The notes under the pieces are model-generated. The model was not told where the DNA came from. It ran no database searches and saw only the letters and a list, made by a program, of their open reading frames with translations. The position numbers and the translations under genes were made by a program. Positions 17,749 through 26,294 of a stretch of 64,000 nucleotides of DNA are shown here, piece after piece; within the stretch, counting starts at the first letter, position 1; every line of letters begins with the position of its first letter. This stretch comes from Cellulosilyticaceae bacterium. GTDB taxonomy: Bacteria > Bacillota > Clostridia > Lachnospirales > Cellulosilyticaceae. Location of the stretch: positions 10,371 to 74,370 of the forward strand of contig JBOFPL010000063.1 in NCBI GenBank assembly GCA_051659885.1, read 5' to 3'.

Positions 17749-19887
17749 TTATTCTTCTATTGATTTGGATGTCGCTGGTATAGTTTTCGCAATCGGATAA
17801 ACTATACCCTCCTCGGGAGTTACGACTTCTAATTTACTCATTCCAAACTTCTTAGTGATACTTAGTACTTGAATGCCTTGAGAATCTCTTTTTTGCTTTT
17901 CACTAATTTCATTACTTTTAATCCATGCTATTCTGCCATCTATGCGTTCTAGTTTAACTAAGCTTTCTTCTGTTGCGAATCCCATACCTACACAACTATT
18001 TTTAGTATAATAAGACTTTATCAATTTTTTACGATTAGTCTTTGTCTCATAAGCAGTCAAAGGTACTCTAGCTGCTTTTCCATTATCAAATCCAAAAATC
18101 ATATGACCCGAATAGTCTAATGTAACATGTATATACACAATCATTTCTTCAGATTCCAAATCCAGTATATTAGGTAAATATACCCCAAATTGACTTGCTT
18201 TGCAATCCTCTATTTCATGCATTTTCATCTTGTACACATTGCCTTTATTAGAGAAGAATAAAATCTCACTTTTATTTGTCGCCTCTAACTCTTGCTTTAT
18301 ACAGTCATCATCTTTTAATTTCTGTTCTCCATTACTTCTTAATGATGCAAGTGAAATCTTCTTTAAATATTGGTGATCTGTAAAAAATACTTTCACATTA
18401 TAATCTTCAATCAATAAATCATCTGGTAGTTTAACTACTTCTACATTTTCTAAGATTTCTGTTCTTCTTGGAATCCCATACTTTTTCTTAGTTTGCTTAA
18501 GTTCCTCACTAATAACTTTTTTAAGCTTTTTATCACTATTAATGATATCAGTTAATCTTGCAATCTCTTTTTCTAATCCTTCTACTTCATTTAATGTATT
18601 AAGAATATATTGTTTATTTAAATGTCTCAATTTAATTTCTGCTACAAATTCTGCTTGCATCTCTGTGATATCAAATTCAGTCATTAAGTTTGGTACAACT
18701 TCTTTTTCTTTTTCAGTATGTCTAATAATCACAATAGCTTTATCAATATCAAATAATATTGCCTTAAGTCCTAATAAAAGATGGTGCCTTTTCTCCATCT
18801 TCTCAATATTATATTGATACTTTTTAATCATACAGGTTTGTCTAAAACGACACCATTCTTTAATTATTGTTTTAACACCCATTACACGCGGCATTCCATC
18901 TACCAATATGTTAAAATTACAACTAAATGAATCTTCTAACGGAGTTAATTTAAATAGTTTTTCTACCAGTACCTCTGGAATTGTACCTCTCTTTAAATCA
19001 ACCGTTAACTTAAGTCCTGACAAATCCGTCTCATCACGTACATCAGAAACTTCTTTTATTTTTCCTTGCTTAACTAAATCTTCTATTTTATCAATAATAG
19101 CTTCTACGGTTGTTGTATAAGGAATTTCTGTAATTTCAATACAATTTTCCTTTTTCACATACGTATATTTCCCTCTCATCTTAAAAGAGCCTCTACCTGT
19201 TTCTAATATACTTTTCATTTCAACTGGGTTATAAAGAATATTTCCTCCCGTTGAGAAGTCAGGTGCCTTAATATACTCTGTAATATCTATCATCTCATCT
19301 TTTAAGTAAGCAATAGTTGCATCACATACTTCTTCCAAATTAAAGCTACAAATATTACTTGCCATCCCTACTGCAATACCCTGGTTAGGGTTTACTAAAA
19401 CATTCGGAAATGTTACCGGTAATAAAGTCGGTTCTTTCATTCGTCCATCATAGTTGTCTACGAACTCTACACTATTTTCTTCTATATCTCTAAATACTTC
19501 CTCACAAATATCACTTAATTTAGCTTCTGTATAACGCGATGCTGCATAAGCCATATCTCTTGAATAAACTTTCCCGAAGTTTCCTTTAGAATCTACCAAA
19601 GGTATATTTAACGCATCATATCCTTTTGTCAAACGTACCATTGTTTCATAAATCGCTGCATCTCCATGAGGATTCAGTTTCATTGTCTGTCCTACAATAT
19701 TAGCTGATTTGGTTCTAGCTGACTTCAAAAGTCCCATCTTATACATGGTATAAAGAAGCTTTCTATGCGAAGGCTTAAATCCATCGATTTCTGGTAGCGC
19801 TCTAGAAACAATTACACTCATAGCATATGGCATATAGTTAGACTCTAGGGTTTCAGATATATTCTGTCTAATCATTTTATCATCCAT
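17749..19887 (-). CDS. parC: Type IIA topoisomerase subunit A (ParC/GyrA family), short C-terminal domain
   Basis: 712 aa. Catalytic-Tyr block AYAASRYTEAKL. The N-terminus DGFKPSHRKLLY is typical. I saw no QRRGGKG-like GyrA box in the ~220-aa CTD, so it is probably topo IV-like. Confidence 0.8.
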   Translation of the reverse strand: MDDKMIRQNISETLESNYMPYAMSVIVSRALPEIDGFKPSHRKLLYTMYKMGLLKSARTKSANIVGQTMKLNPHGDAAIYETMVRLTKGYDALNIPLVDSKGNFGKVYSRDMAYAASRYTEAKLSDICEEVFRDIEENSVEFVDNYDGRMKEPTLLPVTFPNVLVNPNQGIAVGMASNICSFNLEEVCDATIAYLKDEMIDITEYIKAPDFSTGGNILYNPVEMKSILETGRGSFKMRGKYTYVKKENCIEITEIPYTTTVEAIIDKIEDLVKQGKIKEVSDVRDETDLSGLKLTVDLKRGTIPEVLVEKLFKLTPLEDSFSCNFNILVDGMPRVMGVKTIIKEWCRFRQTCMIKKYQYNIEKMEKRHHLLLGLKAILFDIDKAIVIIRHTEKEKEVVPNLMTEFDITEMQAEFVAEIKLRHLNKQYILNTLNEVEGLEKEIARLTDIINSDKKLKKVISEELKQTKKKYGIPRRTEILENVEVVKLPDDLLIEDYNVKVFFTDHQYLKKISLASLRSNGEQKLKDDDCIKQELEATNKSEILFFSNKGNVYKMKMHEIEDCKASQFGVYLPNILDLESEEMIVYIHVTLDYSGHMIFGFDNGKAARVPLTAYETKTNRKKLIKSYYTKNSCVGMGFATEESLVKLERIDGRIAWIKSNEISEKQKRDSQGIQVLSITKKFGMSKLEVVTPEEGIVYPIAKTIPATSKSIEE

Positions 19888-19914
19888 TTATCCTTTGTCC
19901 TCCCTAATCCCTAC

Positions 19915-21897
19915 TTAACTCATATCTGCTAACTCTAAATATTTGTGACCTGACGTTGCAATAAATTCTTTTCTTCCTGCAAGATTATCTCCTAACAAAA
20001 GTTCAAAAACTGCTTTTGTTGCCTCAGCTTCTTCTGGAAGCACCTGAATAAGTCTTCTTGTTTCAGGATTCATAGTTGTTTGCCACATCATTTCTGGATC
20101 ATTCTCACCTAACCCTTTAGAGCGCTGCATAGTATATTTAGATTTTAATGAGCCAAGAATCTTTACTTTTTCATACTCTGAGTAAGCAAAGAGGGTTTGA
20201 TTTTTTGTATTTATTTCATAAAGTGGAGTTTCTGCAATGAATACTTTTCCTTCTTTAATCAAAGTAGGTGTTAAAGTATAAAGCATCGTCAAAATAAGTG
20301 TTCTAATCTGATACCCATCTACATCGGCATCCGTACAAATAATAACTTTATCCCACCTTAAATTATTTATATCAAAGGTGTGTAAATCTTTATTATGCTT
20401 ACTTTGAATTTCTATTCCACATCCTAATACTTTGAGTAAGTCTACAATAATATCACTTTTAAAAATCTTATCATAGTCTGACTTTAAGCAGTTTAAAATT
20501 TTTCCTCTTACAGGCATAATGCCTTGGAATTCTGCATTTCTTCCTAATTTACAAGATCCAAGTGCTGAATCCCCTTCTACAATGTATAGTTCACGTACAC
20601 TAGTATTTTTTGAACGACAATCTACAAACTTTTTAATACGATTGGTGATATCAATAGACCCACCTAGTTGTTTTCTTACATTAATTCTTGTTTTTTCAGC
20701 CTTTTCCCTACTTCTTTTATTCACTAGCACTTGTTTTGCAATTTTAAGTGCCTCATCTTTATTCTCAATAAAATAGATGTAAAGGTAATCCTTCAGGAAT
20801 TCTTGCATAGCTTCTTGTATAAATTTATTAGTAATAGCTTTTTTAGTTTGATTTTCATAACTTGTTACTGTTGAAAATGAATTAGAAATTAAAATCAAGC
20901 TATCTTGTATATCTACAAAAGTAATTTTTTTCTCATCTTTATTATACAAGTTTTCCGTTTTAAGGTACTTATCAATGCTGTATACCAAAGCATTTCTTAT
21001 CGCTTTATCGGGTGAACCTCCATACTCTAAATAACTAGAGTTATGATAATACTCTAACAAATTAGACTCATTACAAAATCCAAAAGCAATTTCAAACTTT
21101 AATTTATACTCTGGTCGCTCTGGACTATCTTGACCTCTTGTTTCTTGTGATACTAAAACAATATCTGTAAAATTCTTTTCCTGAGCTACTTCTGCAGCAT
21201 ATCCTAATATACCTTCTGGATAGATATAAGTTATTACTTCATTTGCTATTTCATCTGTAAAAACAAAAGTAATCCCCTTATTTACTACAGCTTGTCTTTT
21301 TAAAACGTTATGGAAATACTCGCTTTTTATATCTGTATCTGTAAAAACGTCTTTATCAGGCTTCCAATGAATGCGTGTCCCTGTAGACTTATAGTCTTCT
21401 TTATACTTTCTAAGTCCTCCTACATTTTCACCTTTTTCAAATCTCAACTCAAAACCGTATCCTTCTGTATAAACTAAAACATTCATATACTCTGAGCTAT
21501 ACTGAGTTGCACATGCCCCTAATCCATTTAGTCCTAAGCTAAATTCATAGTTTTCGCCTTCATTTGTATTATACTTTCCACCAGCGTACAATTCACAAAA
21601 AATAAGATCCCAATTATATCGACCTTCTTTTTCATTATAATCCAAAGGCATTCCACGACCATAATCTTGCACTGTTATGGAATAATCCTTATGTAAAGTT
21701 ACCTCTATCTTATTTCCATACCCCTCTTTTGCTTCATCTATTGAGTTGGATAATATCTCAAATACTGAGTGTTGGCAACCTTCTATTCCATCTGATCCAA
21801 AGATTACCCCTGGACGTAATCTTACACGATCTGCACCTTTCAAAGAGGAAATACTTTGATTTCCATAGTTCTTTTTATTCATATCCTTATCACCCAC
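19915..21897 (-). CDS. parE: Type IIA topoisomerase subunit B (ParE/GyrB family)
   Basis: 660 aa. GHKL motifs EILSNSIDE and DYGRGMP, QTK loop ENQTKKA, Toprim EGDSA, PVRGKILN, and DADVDG. The start is GTG at 21897 or ATG at 21882. Confidence 0.8.
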   Translation of the reverse strand: MGDKDMNKKNYGNQSISSLKGADRVRLRPGVIFGSDGIEGCQHSVFEILSNSIDEAKEGYGNKIEVTLHKDYSITVQDYGRGMPLDYNEKEGRYNWDLIFCELYAGGKYNTNEGENYEFSLGLNGLGACATQYSSEYMNVLVYTEGYGFELRFEKGENVGGLRKYKEDYKSTGTRIHWKPDKDVFTDTDIKSEYFHNVLKRQAVVNKGITFVFTDEIANEVITYIYPEGILGYAAEVAQEKNFTDIVLVSQETRGQDSPERPEYKLKFEIAFGFCNESNLLEYYHNSSYLEYGGSPDKAIRNALVYSIDKYLKTENLYNKDEKKITFVDIQDSLILISNSFSTVTSYENQTKKAITNKFIQEAMQEFLKDYLYIYFIENKDEALKIAKQVLVNKRSREKAEKTRINVRKQLGGSIDITNRIKKFVDCRSKNTSVRELYIVEGDSALGSCKLGRNAEFQGIMPVRGKILNCLKSDYDKIFKSDIIVDLLKVLGCGIEIQSKHNKDLHTFDINNLRWDKVIICTDADVDGYQIRTLILTMLYTLTPTLIKEGKVFIAETPLYEINTKNQTLFAYSEYEKVKILGSLKSKYTMQRSKGLGENDPEMMWQTTMNPETRRLIQVLPEEAEATKAVFELLLGDNLAGRKEFIATSGHKYLELADMS

Positions 21898-21917
21898 AAA
21901 TTTAGTCTCATTTTTAT

Positions 21918-21947
21918 AATGTAAAATAAATCACTTGGTCTTGTCAA
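21918..21947 (-). promoter_or_regulatory. Candidate sigma-A promoter of parE
   Basis: The minus strand reads TTGACA-18 nt-TACATT. The -35 element is one arm of the inverted repeat TTGTCAA-N11-TTGACAA (21941-21965). Confidence 0.4.
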
Positions 21948-21963
21948 GTTATCTTTTGTTGAC

Positions 21964-21989
21964 AAAAAATAGAGGCTTTGGGCGCCTCT
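21964..21989 (-). terminator. Intrinsic terminator after the channel-like gene
   Basis: The minus strand reads AGAGGC-GCCCAAA-GCCTCT followed by ATTTTTT. Confidence 0.7.
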
Positions 21990-21990
21990 T

Positions 21991-22614
21991 TTAATCTTTC
22001 AAATCTAAATTAACATATACAGTAAAACTTACTACTAATAATAGTGTTCCACTTATTACTTCATACATAACTAAAATTTTTGACAAATTATGGGTTGGAT
22101 AATATTCTCCATACCCAATAGCTACTATAGTAATCACACTAAAGTAAATGCTATTTAAAAGTGTTTCTAAGGGTAAGTTAAATATTTCTTTTCCTATAAA
22201 TGTATCAAAAATATAATATATCATTGCATAATTTAAAATTAGCTCTATATAACTTCTTAGTGCTAATTGTATTCGTTCATGATATTTTAATCCATTTTCT
22301 TCTCTTGTTGCTGGATTAAGCTTATCAAATGCATCCTTTACAAATGCCATAAATATCTCATTACATCTAGAAATAAGATAAAAAGGGTACATGTGTACGA
22401 CCACATTCAATACATTATTATACGGCAATCTGTTCAATATAGCAATGAAAACTGCTAAAACTATTGCTATTATTAAATAAGTTTTATTAAGTTTTTTAAC
22501 TCGCTCTCCTCGTTTAATAGAATCTTTTGCACTTCTTTTGTAACAATCGCTTATCCATAAAGTAGGCGAAATACTCCATTTAAGTATTTGTTTAAAAGTT
22601 ATTTTTTTTATCAC
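21991..22614 (-). CDS. Membrane protein with a C-terminal 2-TM K+-channel-like pore domain
   Basis: The C-terminus SIYFSVITIVAIGYGEYYP...ILVMYEVISGTLLLVVSF has pore helix, GYG filter and inner helix. I prefer the GTG at 22614 (SD AGGTGA 8 nt upstream) over the track start at 22626, which overlaps the PPIase stop. Confidence 0.65.
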   Translation of the reverse strand: MIKKITFKQILKWSISPTLWISDCYKRSAKDSIKRGERVKKLNKTYLIIAIVLAVFIAILNRLPYNNVLNVVVHMYPFYLISRCNEIFMAFVKDAFDKLNPATREENGLKYHERIQLALRSYIELILNYAMIYYIFDTFIGKEIFNLPLETLLNSIYFSVITIVAIGYGEYYPTHNLSKILVMYEVISGTLLLVVSFTVYVNLDLKD

Positions 22615-22618
22615 TTGC

Positions 22619-23248
22619 TTATTCACCTACTACTTTATCTCCTATATTTTCAACCACTTGTTGCCCTTCTTTAATTTCTATTTTTTCAATCAACAATTCT
22701 TCTCTTGGTTTATAATTTTCATCAAGTTCTAATGTGGTCATACTTTCTAGTATTTCTAATCCTTCAATTACCCTTCCAAAAGCTGAATATTGTCCATTTA
22801 AACTCCTATCGTCTTCTAGTAGTACAAAAAACTGAGAGCCTTCTGTATTAAAATCTTGAGCTCTAGCCATAGATACTGTACCTTTGGTATGACTTAATCT
22901 ATTTTTCGTCCCATTATATCTACATTCACTTGCAATAAAATAGCCGGGATAACCATATCCATTACCAATAGGGTCTCCAGCTTGTATTAAGTATCCTGGT
23001 ATAATTCGGTTCACATAAGTTTTTTCATAAAATCCTTGTTGTGCTAAATAGATAAAGTTCTCTACCGTATTAGGTGCTTCTTCTGGATAGAGCTCTATTT
23101 TAATTTGCTGTCCCGTATTAAAATAAACTGTAGCAACTGGGCGTGTTCCCCCTATAATTTGTTGTGTTAAAACAGTTTTTTCACCGACTAACCATAACGT
23201 AACTACGATTAGACATCCCATACTTACAAAAATAATCATTTTTTTCAC
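22619..23248 (-). CDS. Cyclophilin-type peptidyl-prolyl isomerase with N-terminal membrane anchor or signal
   Basis: Cyclophilin blocks (NRIIPGYLIQAGDP, SMARAQDFNTEGSQFFV). An N-terminal hydrophobic segment MKKMIIFVSMGCLIVVTLWL results if the GTG at 23248 is used (SD GAAAGAG). Confidence 0.85.
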   Translation of the reverse strand: MKKMIIFVSMGCLIVVTLWLVGEKTVLTQQIIGGTRPVATVYFNTGQQIKIELYPEEAPNTVENFIYLAQQGFYEKTYVNRIIPGYLIQAGDPIGNGYGYPGYFIASECRYNGTKNRLSHTKGTVSMARAQDFNTEGSQFFVLLEDDRSLNGQYSAFGRVIEGLEILESMTTLELDENYKPREELLIEKIEIKEGQQVVENIGDKVVGE

Positions 23249-23303
23249 ATTAATCGCTCTTTCATATACATTTTTGTAATAGTATAGGCCAATTAGCAAT
23301 ATT

Positions 23304-24311
23304 TTATACGTCTAATCGTTTCATTTTCTTTCGTTTAAAACTTTCTATAATAAGCATTTCATCAATTTCTTCTATCTCAATTGTTCTAATTTTTTTATCT
23401 TTTTTAACAGCTAATCTTTTATATGTTTTAACAATATCCTTTTCTTCACTCTTATACGCTATTTGAGATGTTTTTAATCTGCCCCCTACAATTAAATAGT
23501 ATTTATTTCTTTTCCCGCCTTGTTCAGGCAGCACGCCTATATAGGTTCCATTCTTTTCAATCTCATTTAAAAGCCCATAGATAGCTTTTAGATATTGTAC
23601 ACCACTCCTCTGTCTAAGTAGTTCCCCTGCTCGCTCAAATTCTAAATGTTCTATATACTGTTGCATCTTTTCATCTATTTCTTTCAGTATATTACTTCTC
23701 TCCCCTAATATTTTTTCTATCAAAAATTCCAAACGTGGTTTTTCTTTACTTTGGCAGAATCCTGGGCATGCTTTAAATTGGTATGGGTAGCAAGATTCTA
23801 TCTTCTTTTCATATTTAAACGCACAAGCTAAATATGGCCTACTCTGTTGGATATACTTCATACCAATTAATGCTAACCTATAATTAGTAAATGGTCCCAA
23901 TCTTTTTTGTTCTTTCTCTTGATTTGATTTACTTATACTTATTTTATAATTCATTTCATCGTCTAGATCAAAACACACATATTTATGTTGTCTTGTTAGG
24001 GCTGTATTATAAAAGGGTTTATATTGTTTAATCCACCTACACTCTAGTAACAATGCATCTAATTCTGTATCTGTATAAAATATATCATAATGGTGTATAT
24101 GATGTATCATTCGAGTAATTTTTTTGGACCGTTTTCCTGAAGGGACAAAATATGATGCCACGCGCCTTTGAATATCTATAGATTTCCCTACATAAATAAT
24201 CTCCCCCTCCTTATTCTTCATTTGATATACACCTGGTAAATGTTTTAATTGCTTAGTTTGTTCTTGGAGTTGTTTTTTTTGTTTTTTTTGTTTTTTTTGT
24301 TTTTTATTCAT
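23304..24311 (-). CDS. GIY-YIG nuclease domain protein resembling the N-terminal half of UvrC (Cho-like)
   Basis: LPGVYQMKNKEGEIIYVGKSIDIQRRVASYF is the GIY-YIG core. LEFERAGELLRQRSGVQYL resembles a UVR motif. At 335 aa there is no room for the UvrC C-terminal endonuclease and HhH domains. Confidence 0.75.
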   Translation of the reverse strand: MNKKQKKQKKQKKQLQEQTKQLKHLPGVYQMKNKEGEIIYVGKSIDIQRRVASYFVPSGKRSKKITRMIHHIHHYDIFYTDTELDALLLECRWIKQYKPFYNTALTRQHKYVCFDLDDEMNYKISISKSNQEKEQKRLGPFTNYRLALIGMKYIQQSRPYLACAFKYEKKIESCYPYQFKACPGFCQSKEKPRLEFLIEKILGERSNILKEIDEKMQQYIEHLEFERAGELLRQRSGVQYLKAIYGLLNEIEKNGTYIGVLPEQGGKRNKYYLIVGGRLKTSQIAYKSEEKDIVKTYKRLAVKKDKKIRTIEIEEIDEMLIIESFKRKKMKRLDV

Positions 24312-24318
24312 ATTTTAT

Positions 24319-24348
24319 ATTATAAAATCTCTTATATTTATTTGTAAA
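24319..24348 (-). promoter_or_regulatory. Candidate sigma-A promoter placed for a leaderless GIY-YIG transcript
   Basis: The minus strand reads TTTACA-18 nt-TATAAT, then only ATAAAAT (7 nt) before the ATG at 24311. There is no purine-rich SD. Confidence 0.4.
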
Positions 24349-24352
24349 ATAG

Positions 24353-24384
24353 AAAAAACAGGATATTTGTCATATCCTGTTTTT
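24353..24384 (-). terminator. Intrinsic terminator after the DUF1292 (Cys/His) gene
   Basis: The minus strand reads AAACAGGATAT-GACAA-ATATCCTGTTT followed by a T run. Confidence 0.7.
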
Positions 24385-24389
24385 CTCTA

Positions 24390-24746
24390 CTATTCTTCTG
24401 TTGCTTCTTCTTCTGTTGATTCATCTTCTCCGAAGAATAAATCGTCGAATTCAGCTGCTACTTTTTCGTATTCTTCATCTGAATCAATTTCATTTAATTG
24501 AATGTCTTCTCCATTTTCAGCATAACGATAAATTAATACGTCATCCTCATCTTGTGGAGCAAGTGCTATATATTCAATTTCATCTACTTCAAATATTCCT
24601 AATACATCGCAAGCTACTTCTCTATCTTCGTCTTCAAATGTTACGTAGATAACTGGCTCTTCATGATCATGTCCACATCCACAGTCACTTCCACATCCTT
24701 TGTGCTCGTGATCGTGTCCACATCCACATCCTTTGTTCTCTTCCAT
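24390..24746 (-). CDS. DUF1292 family protein with Cys/His-rich N-terminal extension
   Basis: The core VACDVLGIFEVDEIEYIALAP...VLIYRY plus an acidic tail matches the DUF1292 pattern also seen at 36072-36320. The N-terminus is GCGCGHDHEHKGCGSDCGCGHDHEE. Confidence 0.75.
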   Translation of the reverse strand: MEENKGCGCGHDHEHKGCGSDCGCGHDHEEPVIYVTFEDEDREVACDVLGIFEVDEIEYIALAPQDEDDVLIYRYAENGEDIQLNEIDSDEEYEKVAAEFDDLFFGEDESTEEEATEE

Positions 24747-24825
24747 GGTTAAGTCTCCTTCCTAGTTTTTAATAACAAACTCATTATAACACTATTGATA
24801 AATTTTTCCAAGCTATAATTTACCA

Positions 24826-25758
24826 CTATAGAACTTCTCTTAAAATACGCTCTACGTTTTTATAAGAAAACTTCTCTATGATAGCACTTGGATAATGTGT
24901 AGATAAACCCTGTATCAGTTTATCCATTTCTGAACAATTACATACCTCTAAGTTGCAATCTATTCCATCAAAATCTGTTCCAAGGGCTAATACATCCTCC
25001 CCGCCTACTTGATAAAGATAGTTTACAACGCCTACAAGGTCTTCTACAGATGTCAGATTAGCATTTTTTATGAAGTAACTATAGAAATTAACCCCTATCA
25101 CTCCACCACTATTAGCAACTGCTTTAATCATTTCATCATCTAAATTCCTTGTATGTTTATAAAAGCCTTTTGCATTAGAATGAGAAGCAATAATAGGCTT
25201 CTTGGAGAGCGCTATAACATCCTCCATCCCTTCTTTAGAAAGGTGAGCGATATCTATCAAAATTTTTTTATGATTAAGATAGTCTACTAATTGCTTTCCT
25301 AGATCTGTTAATCCCTTTGAAATAGAATGAGGATATCCTAGACTATTAGCATAGTTCCAAGTTAAAGTCATCATACGAATCCCTAAAGCCTCTAACTTTT
25401 CAACATTAGCTAAATCTCCTTCCAAGATTTCTCCTTCCTCTATAGAAAGAAAAGCGCCTATTTTTTTTTCTTCTTTGGCTTTTATGTATGTTTCATAGTT
25501 AGTCACTATTTTTATATCTTGAGTATTTTCATTAACCTGAGCAACAAAATATTGATACATTTTTTGAAATTCTTCCATAGGAGATTGTGATCCTATGGAA
25601 GATAAATTTACAAAAAAAGCAAACCATTGTGCAAGGTATTGAGATTGTCTGAGTTTCTGAACATCAATATGGTAAGTATTTTTAGCCAACTCTTTTTGCT
25701 CATAGTAGATTCTACTTGCTGTATCGCAATGCAAATCTATAAAAGACAATATTCTCAC
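24826..25758 (-). CDS. Membrane (renal-type) dipeptidase, peptidase M19
   Basis: 310 aa. N-terminal metal ligands DLHCD, followed by ASHSNA and DFDG blocks typical of M19. The start codon is uncertain (GTG at 25758 or TTG at 25749). Confidence 0.82.
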   Translation of the reverse strand: MRILSFIDLHCDTASRIYYEQKELAKNTYHIDVQKLRQSQYLAQWFAFFVNLSSIGSQSPMEEFQKMYQYFVAQVNENTQDIKIVTNYETYIKAKEEKKIGAFLSIEEGEILEGDLANVEKLEALGIRMMTLTWNYANSLGYPHSISKGLTDLGKQLVDYLNHKKILIDIAHLSKEGMEDVIALSKKPIIASHSNAKGFYKHTRNLDDEMIKAVANSGGVIGVNFYSYFIKNANLTSVEDLVGVVNYLYQVGGEDVLALGTDFDGIDCNLEVCNCSEMDKLIQGLSTHYPSAIIEKFSYKNVERILREVL

Positions 25759-25775
25759 CTACTTTATTATGAATT

Positions 25776-26267
25776 TTACTCTTCTACTGTAATAGACTTA
25801 ATAACTACTGGATTTTTTGGTTTATCCATAAAGTCTGTTGCTGTACCTGCAATATAATCTACAACATCTAGTCCTTCAATTACTTTACCAAATGCAGCAT
25901 ATTGTCCATCTAAATGTGAAGAATCTTGGTGCATAATGAAGAATTGAGATCCTGCTGAGTTAGGATCCTGAGCTCTTGCCATAGAAATAACCCCTTTTGT
26001 ATGCTTAAGGTTATTTTGCACACCATTTGCAGCAAACTCCCCTTTAATATGATGTCCTGGACCACCTGTACCAGTTCCTTGTGGACATCCACCTTGAATC
26101 ATAAATCCTCTAATAATTCTATGGAATGTTAGCCCGTTGTAGAATCCATCTTTTACTAATTTTATAAAGTTTTCTACTGTAATAGGTGCCATTTCTGGAT
26201 AAAGCTCTAATTTAATTTGACTGTTATCGTCCATTGTAATTGTGATAATTGGTTTGTTGTCTGCCAT
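25776..26267 (-). CDS. ppiB: Cytoplasmic cyclophilin-type peptidyl-prolyl isomerase
   Basis: 163 aa with FHRIIRGFMIQGGCP and SMARAQDPNSAGSQFFI. Confidence 0.92.
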   Translation of the reverse strand: MADNKPIITITMDDNSQIKLELYPEMAPITVENFIKLVKDGFYNGLTFHRIIRGFMIQGGCPQGTGTGGPGHHIKGEFAANGVQNNLKHTKGVISMARAQDPNSAGSQFFIMHQDSSHLDGQYAAFGKVIEGLDVVDYIAGTATDFMDKPKNPVVIKSITVEE

Positions 26268-26294
26268 TTTAAAAATCTCTCCTTTTAATTGTGT

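Noticed and set aside
24262-24305. A-rich 9-bp repeat (AAACAAAAA)n at the start of the GIY-YIG gene as a phase-variation switch
   Set aside because: The unit length is a multiple of three, so slippage by whole units only changes the KKQ copy number. The individual A-runs (7-8 nt) are short for efficient frameshifting.
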